A DNA stretch of 53,835 nt, filler included, from Sphacelaria rigidula (lineage: Eukaryota), in assembly GCA_964200075.2 (NCBI GenBank). It is 4 parts of 4 records of this genome, joined end to end, with 100 filler letters (N's around TTAATTAATTAA, not from the genome) between each part and the next. Parts side by side here need not be neighbours in the genome. Positions count along the whole stretch, not along the records: positions 13,487 to 26,870 come from CAXNAA020002921.1; 3 more parts are not named here. One strand, written 5' to 3'. Under the pieces are notes generated by a model. It worked only from the letters and a program-made list of their open reading frames with translations. It had not been told where the DNA came from and did no database searches. The translations under genes and the position numbers were made by a program. Shown here in pieces: positions 13,487-26,800 of the stretch (its first letter is position 1; the number at the start of each line of letters is the position of its first letter).

Positions 13487-14402
13487 GGCCATTTTTCGTA
13501 CCTTTCTTGGGCAAAAAACGAGAAGGTATACCTTTTCTAGTCTATTGCTCTTCTAAAAATATCTATCGAACTTTATTCTCGGTCCGATAGGCAACACTGG
13601 AACACTGGTTATAACTCTGTAATCAAGTAAAAAATGGTAGCGCCAAGGTTGCGCCGCATTTTCCGAATCGTAACCTGGTTCTAGATCAAACCCTTATGCC
13701 TTTGGACCCCAAGGCACCAGATCTCTTTTTGGAGCAAGAACACCGCTAATTTCCACCGTCCTCCTATAATCCTGACGAGGCTTTTGCTGTGAGAATATAG
13801 TTCCTTTCTTTTCGCGCACACAAGTGTATTTCGTGGTCCTCGATCACTCATTCGCGCAATCGTTTGCTCAAAGCAGCTACCTCTTCGATAATATTTCCGG
13901 TGGTGACCTATATAAGGTCCATCTGAGGTGGTCGGCACACAGCGCTACGAAGCTTCAGTTGTCAGCACACCCGACGACCAGGAAGGTCGCTGAACTGTGA
14001 TGACGTACCATATGATATGTGACACACGTGTACACGGTGCAGCTGCATTCCTGGGGTAGAACAATGAGACAGAAGCCGCCGCCATTTCCTGACACATTTT
14101 TCTGACACTTGACACTTGGCGCATCAAAGGGAGCCAGGATAGACAAGAGAGCCAGTGCAAGGGCCGAAACCAATTCAAATTCAAAAGTTTAAATAAACCG
14201 TGCGAAAGATCTTGGAAAGATCTAACAGACCTCACGGCAAAATACCCGCCGAGAACGGTTCCCGGGTCATCCTCCCCGGTACCATGCTACAACCAAACCA
14301 CGTACCCCCCGCTCCGAAACAAGAAGGCACCGAGCTTCTACTCTGCCCACCCCACACCAGAAAGTCAGACATCCGAGAACCACACACACAGTAAAAGAGT
14401 GT

Positions 14403-14627
14403 ATGCAGCATATGTCCACCATGCTTCTGAAGTCAACGATTGTGGCTCCAATGGCCTTACGTGCGGCAAGAGGGGTTGGCCCATTTCGGGGCCAAGCGGC
14501 ACTTCAGTCGACCCTAGATGCGGCGGGCGCAGTAGCCGCGGCCGCAAGCGGCGGCACTAGTGACACGCCTCGCAATATCGGAACAAAGGCCAACGAAGAG
14601 GAGATGCGTCCTGGTGACCGTTCTCAG
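14403..14627 (+). CDS. AOX: AOX exon 1 (Ala/Arg/Ser-rich transit-peptide-like N-terminus)
   Basis: [23 protein letters not shown]... ends CAG|GTAACA, phase 0, joins exon 2 in frame; least conserved exon. Confidence 0.7.
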
Positions 14628-17600
14628 GTAACACAGTGCGTCTTGCGTGATCTGGTGAAAGACTGCTGTTGCTGTGCTGTGCTGTGCTGTGCTGTGCTGT
14701 GCTGTGTTGTGCTGTTCTGTGCATAGTGAGAACAGTCATTTTGTCACTTTGCCGATTGCCATAGTTTGCTGTCTTGCCCTCCGACGACTCGGGTGTGAAA
14801 GTGGCGTTCGGACATGTTCTACCGTGCTGTATAGTACAGTAGTACTTCAGTACTTCGGCACTCCACTAGTCGTATACTGCGTAAAATCGCGTTGTAGAGG
14901 CGCATCCTTGGTGAGGTCCGAGCAAGGACCAACGCGCCTTTTAGCCGCTAAACACGGTGCACTGCGGACAGTACAGTACAGTGTCAGGTGTCGGAAAACC
15001 CGCATTCGGATGAAGCCTTTTCGCAGCATGTTGCACGAAGGATGCCAGGTTGTGACCCGTGTCGCAAATACTGAAGCGATCGCAAGGAACGCGCACTGCT
15101 TGTTCTTGTGCCGTGCCGTGCCTGGCCGGAGCGAAGAGCGTCCACAACGTAAAACTCACGTCTCCTACTGTAAAATAGCCGTTCTGGCGATTCTCACCAC
15201 ATTGCGGTGTAGCCTGCTCTGTAGTCGCCCAGAGGCAAGAACACGCTGTTGCCCATACGCGATGCACACTTCACCTTTCCGCCGTGTATTCTGCCCTGAG
15301 AGCAATCCCGACTAACGACATATTTACCGCCCGCTCGTTGTGCCGGCTAAGCAGATACACTTCAGGGCAACAGCGAACAAGCACCCACTGGGCCTAGGTC
15401 CCGTGAAGGTAAAGGGAAAGGAGTGGAGCATGCCACACGAGATCTGGACTGCAGACGAGGTCAACTCCATCAAGGTGAAGTATTCAGTACCCTGATGCTG
15501 CAAATTCCCTGGTGCCGTCGACCGTGCGACTAGGCGTTGTACAAGGGTATATTTTCTATAGTAACCACTGTCGCGATTTATACCGGTTGAGAAGTCGTCG
15601 ACACCCAACCGATCTATCTTGGAGGATGCTGGACTGCACGCGTAGTTTTCTATGCTCCGTGATATTTTATATGCGCCAGAGTCCGTTTCCCGTTAGCCGT
15701 GGAATGCCTGCGTGGTGCTTGCATATTTTGAGATGAAAGTATTTGCCTCGCGATGTTTGCATATGGCAAGCACGACTAACGGCAGCATCAGCAACCTAAC
15801 GATCCTGAATTGCCTCATCACTGAAATACGATTGCCGTTCGGAATGACTCACGCATCACGTGTGCGAATCCTTTAGCGCAAAAATATAACAAAGGCATTG
15901 AAATATCACATTTTCAATTCGAGACCCTATTCAACCGAACTTGCTATCCTGCGTTGTCCGCATAGGTGACCCACAAAGAACCGGAGGAGGTGGTCGATCA
16001 TGTCGCCTTGCGTGGAGTACAAACCCTCCGCTTCGCCTTCGACCTGCTGGCGGGGTTCAAGACAGGGGTGGTCGATGAACACAAATGTAAGCGCACATTA
16101 CATATATTCTCGCGGATGGCGAAGAGACGGGTCGTTTCATCACTTTCATATCTACTCCTTATCCTGCAATGGATGAACGTCGGAAAAAAACACGTTCTTC
16201 AGTAGCATCGGCCACGTCTTCAGCTGCTGCTGCTGCTGATTCTTGCAAGCTGTCCTTTTGTTGAGACCCTATCTACCCACTTTATTTTTTCGATTGACGA
16301 GGTGCGGTGGAAAAATAAAGTTCCGAACTGATAAGTCGCCGTGTCAACACAAGTGACGTCGACATGAATGATGACCTCCCAGATTGGAATAATTGAGATG
16401 ACGACCGATTAGACGGGAGTTTTTTTGTTTTTCCACTGCACCTTTTCGGGCAGAAATAATTCGCCCTGGACACGGCCTGACGGTCCGGCAGGATCCCACG
16501 GGACGATGTGAGGGCCAGTATATGATTGTCCGTTGAAAGACAAAATATTTTATTCAGTGCGCAGTACACCTTTTGTCAATGTAATGATATTAGCTACGTT
16601 GCGGTTTGTTTCGCCAGTAAGAGTGGTCGTCGCGGGACTGATGGATGCTCGCTTGCCAGATGCCATGGGAGTACGAAGCACGGTCAGTTTATTCAAGCTG
16701 CTGCTTGCCCGATATGAAAAGTGCACGTTCTCAACCCACGGCTTGTAAAACTCCGTCGTGTTGCATGACTATGTAAAATATCTTCTAGAATGCTACATTC
16801 ATACCGTACAGGTTTGTCTCCTGACCGACAAACAGTAACACTAGGCATGGGCTGTGCACGGCCGCAGCTGTCCCTGAGCTCCCGACACACTTCAAAACCG
16901 GAGGTCTCCAAGACTTGGTTGCCGCGTCTGGTACAATACGTGACCTTGAACTGTGAGGAATTCGCAAGCCTTGCGTTACAACTTCTGTACGAGACCTACT
17001 TACACAAACTGTGACACGATGGATTGGTGTCAGATCTGCACAGAGGTACGCCGCTCGTGTGGCTGCACGGCTGTGAGTTCTCTGTTTACTTTTGTTTGGA
17101 CGCCATTCGGGATTGAAGTGTTGATGTTGGCGCGTCGTTTGGCTACCCAATGGCCAGAAAAACTGCGACGCACGCGGCAACTGTTTTGGGAATACTCTAC
17201 CCGGCGAATATATCTGGGATCACCTTTGCCACAACTTTTGTACTTCTCATGAGTGAAGTATTTCTCCTCGAGCACCGCTGTTTTTACGCTCGAGCTCACA
17301 AAACATCAGTCATTGTGGAGGCGAGACGTTGGATGGAAATGCCGCTGGTTTGTGCTTGCTGCCTGACTGTGGACTCACACAAAAACGTGCCCAAAAGCGC
17401 CACGACTTTTACAGCATGTTACTCGATGCCGTAGAGTTTGGGAAGCAAACTCTTCCTCGTTGCTCTGTGCCGAATACGTACCGATGTCCACTTCAGCCAC
17501 AGGTTCTCTTGCCCCCTCAGGGTACGTGGTCAATGTTATCGGTAATAAAATGGGCATGCACGAATCTCTCCGACCCCTTAGTACACGAGTGAGTACGAGA

Positions 17601-20600
17601 GTCGTGAGATGAACCAGCGTTCAAATCGCAGCCTTCCCCCAGCCACCCCACCAGCACTTATTGTGTGCAACCTTGCACGGTTCGTCACATAGCTGACATA
17701 AAAATATTTACCAAGCAACACCCGTTCTCTCCGCAACCCAATACCTCCTTCCCCCTTATGCCGCCAATCTTTTTGTCGCTGTTTTCTGCTGCATTTCCAC
17801 GATGCGCCGTACACTGCAACATTTGCTCCCCCCTGACGAACGCAAAACCAGATCTAAACCGCGTGATCTTCCTGGAGACTGTTGCGGGAATCCCTGGTAT
17901 GGTAGCGGGAACCCTACGGCACCTCACGTCCCTCCGCCGCATGCGCAGGTAGGTCAAAACCGCCGCCCCTGCCGCTCCGTAGCACAGATGGAGCCTGCGT
18001 CTCTCGAAGCCGCTGTGAGTAGCATTATGTAGAAAACGTACTGCCTGGCGTTTCGGGCGGGAGTCTACTCGATCGGGAACTACAAGTGCTAGTTTTGGTG
18101 TTCCGTGAAAGCTTCCTCGTACTTTCGACCTCCTCCCTCCTCCGTCCTCCGTTCCTCCTCCCCAGCGGGACAGAACCGACGGGCCGAGCTAGGTAAAATT
18201 CCAACGAGAGAGTGAGGTGATTTGTAGTAAGGGGTGACACACTACAAGCCAGACCAAGCCTCCCCCCTGCGGAAATACTCCCCCAAGTCTTCTCCACGAC
18301 CATTCGTCGACGCTAGGGAAGGCACGTACGCGTGTACGCTCCCTTCACCACGCGCCGCCGTATGGAGCGGAGAAACTGGGGGAAGCTTCCCTCGTGTGGC
18401 GGTGCGGACAGGCCAGGCTGGGGGTTTTGAGAGAAATATAGGTGCGGGACGATGGAAAGGGGCGCGCGGTGGGAAGAGGGGGGTCGTAAATACTCATCTG
18501 AGAGGGATACCCTTTTTTGCTGCAACCATTATTTACTACGGATCCTGGACGGGACAGGAACGGAGGGATGGGGGGGGGGGGTCGGGTTGCAAGGCGTTTC
18601 CAGGGATCATCGACGAATGGTTTGATGTTCATGGGAATGTGTGGATGTGTAACAAATGCCATTGAGCGCGACGGGTGCCTTGGGTGGGGGTGCACCCACG
18701 TACCAAATACCCCCCTATCAGAGCGTTCTTCGTCTCAAAACAGTTTCCTCCACAATGGTTGTGGAACTGCTCTTGATGCTTCTTTTTCTTTTGCTCCAGC
18801 TTAGAATTGCGCATTACTAACGAAGATCCATTGTTACTGTGTTGTTTCTGGCTTGACACGATCGAACATCCCTCCTTCTCGCTCTTGCCCTCGCTGCGAC
18901 TGTAATGCCCCTGCCGTCTCTCGGGTCAGGGATCACGGGTGGATCCACACCCTTTTGGAGGAGGCAGAGAACGAGCGCATGCACCTGCTGACCTTTCTCA
19001 AGTTGAAGAACCCGGGGCCCATTTTCAGATTCAACGTCATGATCAGCCAAGGGATCATGTTCAACGCGTTCTTCCTGGCGTACATTATCAATCCCAAGTT
19101 GTGCCACCGCTTCGTGGGCTATATCGAGGAGGAGGCCGTCCACACCTACACCGTGGTGAGTGATGGGGTAGCCCTCTAGCCGCCCTTCACCCCTGGGTGG
19201 ACTCCGAACAGACTGATCGCTTGGGGAGGCGTTGGAGTTGTGGTTTTAGATTGAGGGACAAGCGTTTACTTCCAAAAGGCTGTTGGCGCTCACATGCTGT
19301 CCGTTACGGATGATCCCGTGTAACCCATGGCCAGCGGCATATGGCCATGGCAGTACAACCATGTACAAAAAGCGATGATCCCGCCAGCAGTATATATGAC
19401 CATATATGCACGGAACATTTCAGTTCACACCGCGAAAGGCCGCTGCATATATATATATATATAAAAAAAATTGTTGACTTTACATCACCCCTGATGATCG
19501 CTGATGATCGTTTTTCGGTTTCTGTAGTCACGCTTACAAAAAAACATCGTCCACATCGGGCGGCACCGCCAGCGAACATCGTCTCGGAACACGAACCATG
19601 GGCTTATCGAGATACGGACCTCTGATCGCCTCGCGGAATCTGTATGCTGAGTCAGCACCGTTAGCACTTGGAAAAGAGTTGCCACACTCTGCTGTCCCGC
19701 TGCAGACGTTTCAAGGGCTATAGTTGGAGGCTGATAATCATTTTTGCCCAGAAACGGTTTTGGTGGGCATCAGGCAGTCAGGCACGAGTCATGTATCACC
19801 CGTCAGCCCACCCCCCCCCCCCTCTACAGATTTCGGTGTATGGTTGTCCATGTACAGTCGCTCGAGCAGCACGTTTGTGGACCAACTTTATCCATTTGCT
19901 TTCGTCGATATCGTACCATACGCGGATGTTCACGGTGCGTTCCAGTGTCTTCCCTTACTAGTTCGTGATTGTTTAACTCGAGTCGTGCGTCGATCATAAC
20001 CCCCCGCGCCCCTCTGCGGTTGCCTCGCCTCCGGTGCACGATATTTATTTACAGCTGTTGAAGGACTTGGACGACAACAAGCTACCCTTGTTCAGCAACC
20101 TCCCGGCGCCAGCCATCGCCAAGAGCTACTGGAAACTTCCCAGCGATGCCATGTTCCGCGACTTGGTTCTTGCAGTCAGGTGCACAATGTAGTGAGGAGA
20201 GCAAGTAATAGTTTACCTAGAATGATCCCGTCATGATCGGCCCAGGGGAAAAACAAAACAGGCGCCATTCTGGAAGGCGTGATCATCGATATTGCGATCA
20301 CCAATACCCATGTGAACAACGAATATTTTTGTATCTACCAGGTGGCTTGTATGTTGGGCGTTTTTTCTGTTATACAAAACACTATTTTGACTCATTCGAA
20401 AAGGTGCGCACCCTGCCCCAATAGTTGCAATATGCCTATACTTCACGCAGTATATTTTTCAAGTATCAATAGTTGACCCATGTAACGTGTTCCAGGGTAT
20501 AAAGCGTGATCTCATGCTGCTTGTGTCCAGTCAGGAACCTGGGCGCAGACGAGGTTTGGTATAGATGGAAATTAACCCTTGGACAGCGACCCCCTCGCTG

Positions 20601-23191
20601 TTGGACTGAGGTAGACACTACACTTTTTGGGTTCAGAATCATTCCTTTTGTCACAACTCAAAACGCCTACTCTACGGCGGAAGGGACCGGGAGTGCATAA
20701 GAGGTACATGTTGCGTCATAACTGCTTATTACGCGAGAGGAAGAAACTTCTATCAACCTCCCCAGATCATTCGTTTTTCTACCCGCAAAGCGATGAACCC
20801 CCGAGCCCCATCCAGCACTGTCGCCTTTCCACAATTCACAGCCGTCGCTGACTGCCGTCCATAGACGGTGGTGTGGTTGTCGACCACCTGATTATTACAC
20901 CTCATATTTTTGTTGTGAAGTCTGTGGTGTATCGTGTCGCGGCTGCACGTGCGGTCAGCAGCGTACCAGATCTTACAGTGTTGAACGTGCCGAGTGTANN
21001 NNNNNNNNACCATGACTACCGCCGCGAACGCCCGTGACTACCGTAGAGCAATTGCTCGGCGATGGCGGTCGCCTCACCGTCGAAATACTTGTCTACATCT
21101 ACGTGTGTCGGGTACTCGTGGCCGCCGCTCGCGTGTTGCGCCCCGACGTTCGATACCAGATGGAAGTGTGGAGCTAGTACGACGCTCAGGTTGTACTGAA
21201 GAGACAGACACAACAGTGTACCGAAGATGCTCAAACACCTGGGTGTTCGTAATATAATCTATGGTTGATTAGGAATGATCAAAATGGGTTATGAGGGTAG
21301 ACATCGAATGTGTCCACCAGGTGTCCACCAGGTGTCCACCTCTACCGCAATAAAAGTGCTCATTTTGATTGGTCAGAATGCTCATCCTGCGCCTTTCGGG
21401 CCTCGTGCACGGCTCATAGTTTTCCGCGGGAAACTTCCAAGCATACATGGTTGACTCCGTGAGCTTCTCCGGTGCTCTGCGTACAGACACCCCCCCCATC
21501 CTCACAAACCACCCCCCCCCGAGCTCTGGAAACCCCCGGGTGTCTCGGAACTGTCAGCCTGTACGACTGTTCCGTCGCTCGTCCTCGTCGTCTGAGGGTT
21601 AAGCTCCACGCAACATCTATTGGTCTTTATCTACAATCAAGTGTGTATGTGCGACCTGTCAAAGGTGGTACGCCAGTGCGTGCCGGTCTGATTGAGTGAG
21701 AATTGCCAACACTTCCTCATCCAACTATTGTATCAGCTTCTGAAGCTCATGGCCAGAAGTTCTTCACAAGGTGTTTGACAGCCAAGCTGCGTACTCTTGG
21801 GGCGTTTCTTAGCACACTATTTTTCGAATTAAGATGTCCGTTGGGAAAGAAAAACCCCCATCTAATTGGTCGTAATTTCAACCATCGTCGATTATCTTGA
21901 AGGTGGTTGAGATCACGACCTATCAGATCGGGATTTTTGTTTTCCGCCGCACTTTTTCGATCGAATAGTGATGGTGCAAAGACACTGCCTTATGTATATA
22001 TATATCCCCCAGAAGAACAACATCGAAATGTGAAAATTGAAAGTATGACGCGTCCATACGGTATGCATCAAGGCGTACACACGTTAACGTAGTGACGATG
22101 ATCTATCGGTTTTATCCTGTGTTCCTGCTTCAACTTGTTTTCATCTTCTCCGCATTCCTTTCCTCTCAGGGCCGACGAGGCAAACCACCGCGTCGTGAAC
22201 CATACTTTCGCGGACATGCACAAGGACTTCAAGGAAGATGCGGTGAGTTGCACGGCGGTACGTGTGCATTAGTGCGGTCAGCATACGCCGGAATGGAATT
22301 GACAACGAGTATAGAGCGGCAGCATGGAAAAAATGTCGCCATGTGCCACAACCGGAATTTGTACTTGTGGTGAACGACAGTGCATAAATGGTGATTTTGT
22401 CATTCCGAAATGGCAAGATACTTCTAATGCGCCGCCTGCCGCGTAGCCCCCTGATCGGGCGAGACCACGCCAAAGCGCAAACTGTTGCACTCAATGAATG
22501 GGTCCCGACTTTTGTTTTCAATAGCAGTACAACCTCTCTATTTATGGCAGTGCTTCCGGTGAGACTGGTTGTGGAACAGGTCTGACTCACCTACTGCAGT
22601 AGTCTCCTTGCGAACTGACGTGGTTTGAGGTCACGGGGCTGCAATTCAACTGATTCATCCACCCGTCGCTTCGGAGCTAAGCGTGGTGGTTGTGGTTGCT
22701 CATGCTAGGCCCGCCTTTTTTTGGTTTCGTCCGCCGTCGCCTCGTGTCTTCTGCGTGTGCTCCTCTTGTCACACGAGCTGCACTTGAGCACAAATTGACG
22801 TGAAGAAGCGTTGCCGTTACTCGAGTTCGTTCAAGTACGAGCATCCGATTATCGCGTATCTCGAATCTTGCTCCGGCTTTCTCCTACCTTCGTCTGCCCC
22901 CGCTTCCCTCGAGGAACAAACAACTTCCTTTCGGAATCGCTTCCGTGCGCTCACCCCTTTGCGTGTCCTTTTCCCCAACACGCCACCCTGTACGGTGCAT
23001 GTGTACGTGCCGCGCAGGTCAATCCATTCAGAATCTTGTCGAAAGTTAGCAGCTACGCGGAGCCTGGCGGCGTGGCGGTCCCCAACACGGTCGCCGAGGT
23101 TACGGGCGAACACCCTGCCATGTCGGATGACCAACAGCGTGGCAAGGAAGAGTCGAAGGATGCTGCCGCCGGAGCCACAATCGCCAAATAG
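14403..23191 (+). CDS. AOX: Alternative oxidase (mitochondrial ubiquinol oxidase), 8 exons, ~386 aa
   Basis: Manual splice model, all GT-AG with consistent phases: 14403-14627, 15355-15474, 15966-16086, 17852-17948, 18930-19155, 20055-20179, 22170-22242, 23018-23191 (1161 nt, open to TAG). Contains AOX motifs [45 protein letters not shown] and [13 protein letters not shown]. Start could be ATG 14403, 14412 or 14421. Confidence 0.95.
14671..14722. repeat. (GCTGT)n microsatellite in AOX intron 1
   Basis: About 10 units, read directly. Confidence 0.95.
15355..15474 (+). CDS. AOX: AOX exon 2
   Basis: Branch-like ACTAAC at 15311, GCAG acceptor; [11 protein letters not shown]...[26 protein letters not shown] donor. 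Confidence 0.88.
15966..16086 (+). CDS. AOX: AOX exon 3
   Basis: ATAG acceptor; [37 protein letters not shown] donor, phase 1. Confidence 0.93.
17852..17948 (+). CDS. AOX: AOX exon 4
   Basis: (Y)[35 protein letters not shown] acceptor, GTAGGT donor. Confidence 0.95.
18930..19155 (+). CDS. AOX: AOX exon 5
   Basis: [23 protein letters not shown]...[24 protein letters not shown] donor. Confidence 0.96.
20055..20179 (+). CDS. AOX: AOX exon 6
   Basis: [45 protein letters not shown] acceptor, GTGCAC donor. Confidence 0.94.
22170..22242 (+). CDS. AOX: AOX exon 7
   Basis: Polypyrimidine tract plus CAG; (R)[30 protein letters not shown] donor. Confidence 0.95.
23018..23191 (+). CDS. AOX: AOX exon 8 (terminal)
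   Basis: GCAG acceptor; VNPF motif typical of AOX C-termini, then a ~53-aa tail to TAG. Confidence 0.85.
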   Translation, partial: VNPFRILSKVSSYAEPGGVAVPNTVAEVTGEHPAMSDDQQRGKEESKDAAAGATIAK

Positions 23192-23770
23192 TCGGACAGC
23201 GGGTGGAGAAAGAGAGTGGTAGAAGATGAGGTTGGTGGGGTAGACCATCCCAACGTCAACTTAAAAAAACTAGATTATGAGTCGGTACCGATCCGGGTAT
23301 GCACACTCGGAGATAGACCAGAAGTTGCTTGGATGACGACTTATTACAGTAGCATGTTCTGCCTGAACTCTTGGGCCGGGGTGGGAGGGACGGAGAGGGC
23401 ACAAAGTTGTGTCCAATTTTTGTCGAGTAGCGCTGGCGAGTTGCGCGGTGGTTGACCGCCGGCCTCCGAAGCCAATAGATGCTCAGCGGTGGTGGTGCTC
23501 GTTTTCGTCGAGGTGAAGGGAAAAGTGAGAGACATACGATACTTCGTCGAAAACGGGGTAGGACGGAGCAGGCCAAGGAAGGGGAGGGGAGGGGGGAGAG
23601 GAGGAGGGGGTTATTGCTGTGTCTTGAAAAATACGCAATTTCGTCAAGTATCCTGATCTCGGGTGTTGGCGAATGTCTCGTTTTTCCCAAGGACAAGTTG
23701 TGGGCCCCACCGCTGCCTCAGTAATTGGCTACAATTTTGGAATTTCTTCTTGTGTGTGGTGTGTGTGTAG

Positions 23771-23850
23771 TGTTTGCACGTGTTTGCACGTGTTTGCACG
23801 TGTTTGCACGTGTTTGCACGTGTTTGCACGTGTTTGCACGTGTTTGCACG
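23771..23850. repeat. (TGTTTGCACG)8 perfect tandem repeat
   Basis: Eight identical 10-bp units inside a (GT)n tract. Confidence 0.97.
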
Positions 23851-26800
23851 TGTGTGTGTGCGTGCGTGCGTGTGCGCGATATGATCTGCTCATGCTTTGC
23901 TTCTGGTGGTGAGCTGACCTGGCCTTGCTGATCTCGAGTGTAAGATCAAACCGGTAGAACTTGGCGCTGGCTCGTACCTCTGTGCTTGAATCGGCAGACG
24001 AGATCTTCTTGAGGCGCAGTGCTAGATGGCAAAACATGTGTGGGCGGTGATATTTGGCGATTTTTCGGGGCATATTTATTGTCCGATCGTGTCTTGAGGT
24101 CGTTGTTGGTTTGCCCTACGAAACTTGGAGTTGTCCCCAACAACAGCTTCAAACATTCGACTTGAGGGATGAGAACGATGCGCGGTCGAGTGATGGAGCT
24201 GGCTGGTGTGTTACACAAAAACTCCTTTGGAGTATTTTACCCTGCGCCTAAGACATGCTGAAGTCATCATGATCGTTGCTTGTTTTTAGTAAATGTTTTC
24301 GTCGAGTTTCCGGTGTGGTCTACGGACCACGAGAGCGCACGGAAGCAATAAAGGGGGCGGTAGTTGACTGAGTGTCTCCAAGGACCGTGCACTAACGATT
24401 GAGCAGCGGTGGCAGTAGTCCTGTTCGCATACATTTAAGGGTGTAAGTGTTGAGGGGTGTGTGCCTCGAGTAGTGTGTGGGAATATTTCGATGTAGATCA
24501 TATTTTTCTTGCACTTCCGGGGCGAGTTTCACGGGTATTATAAAGGGATGTGGTGGATCCATTTTGCAGATTTGAGATCAGGTGTACACGTTTACAGGTA
24601 CTTGTACGTACGCTACATGCATGATGGGGTGGTTTTACATTTTCCAGAGTGTCATAATTTTGTTGCACCATTACAGGGAAGAAAACTGGTAATAAACATA
24701 GGAAGGAACGTGCGGTGACAGCACTCTTTACAAAAACGGGTACAAGTTGGGAAGCACGTAATGTGCTCATGATGCAGCGGTTCTCGCTAAAAATAAAGGA
24801 TGGTTTGTCAAGAAACATGCGGTGTGCTACACTTTTATCTCACTCGATCGTTGTGACTCCGTCGTCGTATGTTCGCCGGACCCAACAGTCGAATGAAATG
24901 AATCTACAGCGAGTAACGCTACGATGCGGGGGGGTATTTCGGGTAATTTCTTCCATGAATTTGCACACCAAACCGTCGTCAAAAGCAGCAACGTTTGTTC
25001 GACAGCGCTTGTAACCAATAAGGTACACTCATCCATACCACTTGACACCGTTTTCACCCGAACACAACCGCAAAGCAAGTAGTAAGGTGGTTTATCTTGG
25101 CACACAAGAAGTCGTAAAAAAAGCTTCGAGACGGTCAGTCGTCCTCGCCGTGATCGCAAATTGATGCTAGGTAGTCCCGGGCCTTGGTGAAGGCTTCATT
25201 ATCGTGCTTACTACCCTGAACATTCCCATCCTCTGCCGCCCCGCAACCCTGGTATGCTCCACACTAAAGCTGTTATCGCCTAACCTACGGAGTGTCCGGC
25301 CGTCAGCCTTGAAGAGCCTCTGCAAATCCCATTCTTACATTTTTTCGAGAGGTCGAGTTCCCCGGAGTGTCGTCTGTCAAATCTTTGGCAGTTTTCCCGT
25401 AGTTCACGGCGGGTACTTGGTACCCTCACTGCAGTTCGGTAAGCGGACCCAGACTACCCTTGGCACCCTTGAGTTGCCTGGAGGAATGACCAGGGCTGTT
25501 TCCACCGCCATGGCGTGACGGCGGCCCAATGATGCCTCGGTGGCACGTGTACGCGTGGGTGTGCATTCACTCGACAATCCATCGTGGTTGTGATATATAG
25601 TGGGCAATTGAACGTCAAAATTCTGACAAAACCGCGGACGATCAAGAAAGCGTTCCAAAAACATTGATCCAAAAATAGAAATTCCCAGATATCGGGAATT
25701 TCGTCCGAAGTTTTTGCAATAACCATTGTTCCGATTGATCGCTTTTCCCTGTAAGCATCTTCATAAGTTTTTCATTGGACCTGACTACAGAGCATGGTTG
25801 ACACCTCCTATGTGGAGTTCGAGCTGCACCTCATAGAAGACTTCACTCATGGGACGGAGTGAAAAAAATGTATTTTTTTCTGTTCTGACACAGTAACACC
25901 CGTGGCCGCGGCCTATGCATCTTCCTCTCTGACGCCGGGCATTGGGTAGCAATACCCTTGACTATATAGGTATTGTCTCTCCATAAAAAACGACGATAAT
26001 AAGCCGAACCTTCGGCAACAAGAGAAGAGAACGAACGGCCTGCCTTTTCAGCGCACGCAGGTAGACACCTGAGTATAATATTCACAGTTCAAGCAAACAA
26101 GATGATGATGCCGATTCAACAAATGGACACGACTGGGTGGTCAAAGGATTATGAAGGGTCAACCATCTGATCGACAACTAATGGTACAACACAACACATG
26201 CGACAAAAATATCCCAAACTCTTCCCGGCCGAAGGCTCGTTGTTGCCCGCTGCTAGGTGATATCTGTATACAGTATCTACCTCTATACGCATCCTCTGTT
26301 TTACACTCATTCTCAGGTTTTTTCACCTACGCGTCAGAATTCTCAACAGCAGAACGTCGGGTGGCATCAAGGCAAACAGCAGAACATATACCCCACACAT
26401 GGGACCACAATTCATGCTAGCTACCATATTACAACAGGACAGCAGTTTTTCTCACATATATATATGAGCTGGGCTGGCCTAGACGCGAATATGTGGTTTG
26501 CAGACCCCGCCTCATGAGAGTTGGACTTTCAACTTTGATACGGAGTCATCCTACGATAGGGCGGGGGAGGGGGGGGGGTATTTCGGCCCACTTCTTGCAC
26601 GAAATTTCACGTCAAATCGTCGTTGAAAGCAGCAACGGTTGTTCGAATGAGCTTATACTAGATACACAACGCTCGGTCATACTGTTCGACACCGTTATTT
26701 CTAACCAAATACAGGCGCATCGCGGTAAGTTGACTGACACATCCATGAGCCTGTTTTTTCGTGCAACCAAATACCCCCTCCCTCCCATCGTAGTAACCAC

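Noticed and set aside
14674-15315. 213-aa Cys-rich ORF
   Set aside because: Lies in AOX intron 1, starts in a (GCTGT)n microsatellite and has no recognisable domain.
23771-23850. Regular repeats as a possible CRISPR array (also the 114-bp units at 41647-41987)
   Set aside because: Head-to-tail tandem units with no unique spacers, no cas genes and a eukaryotic context.
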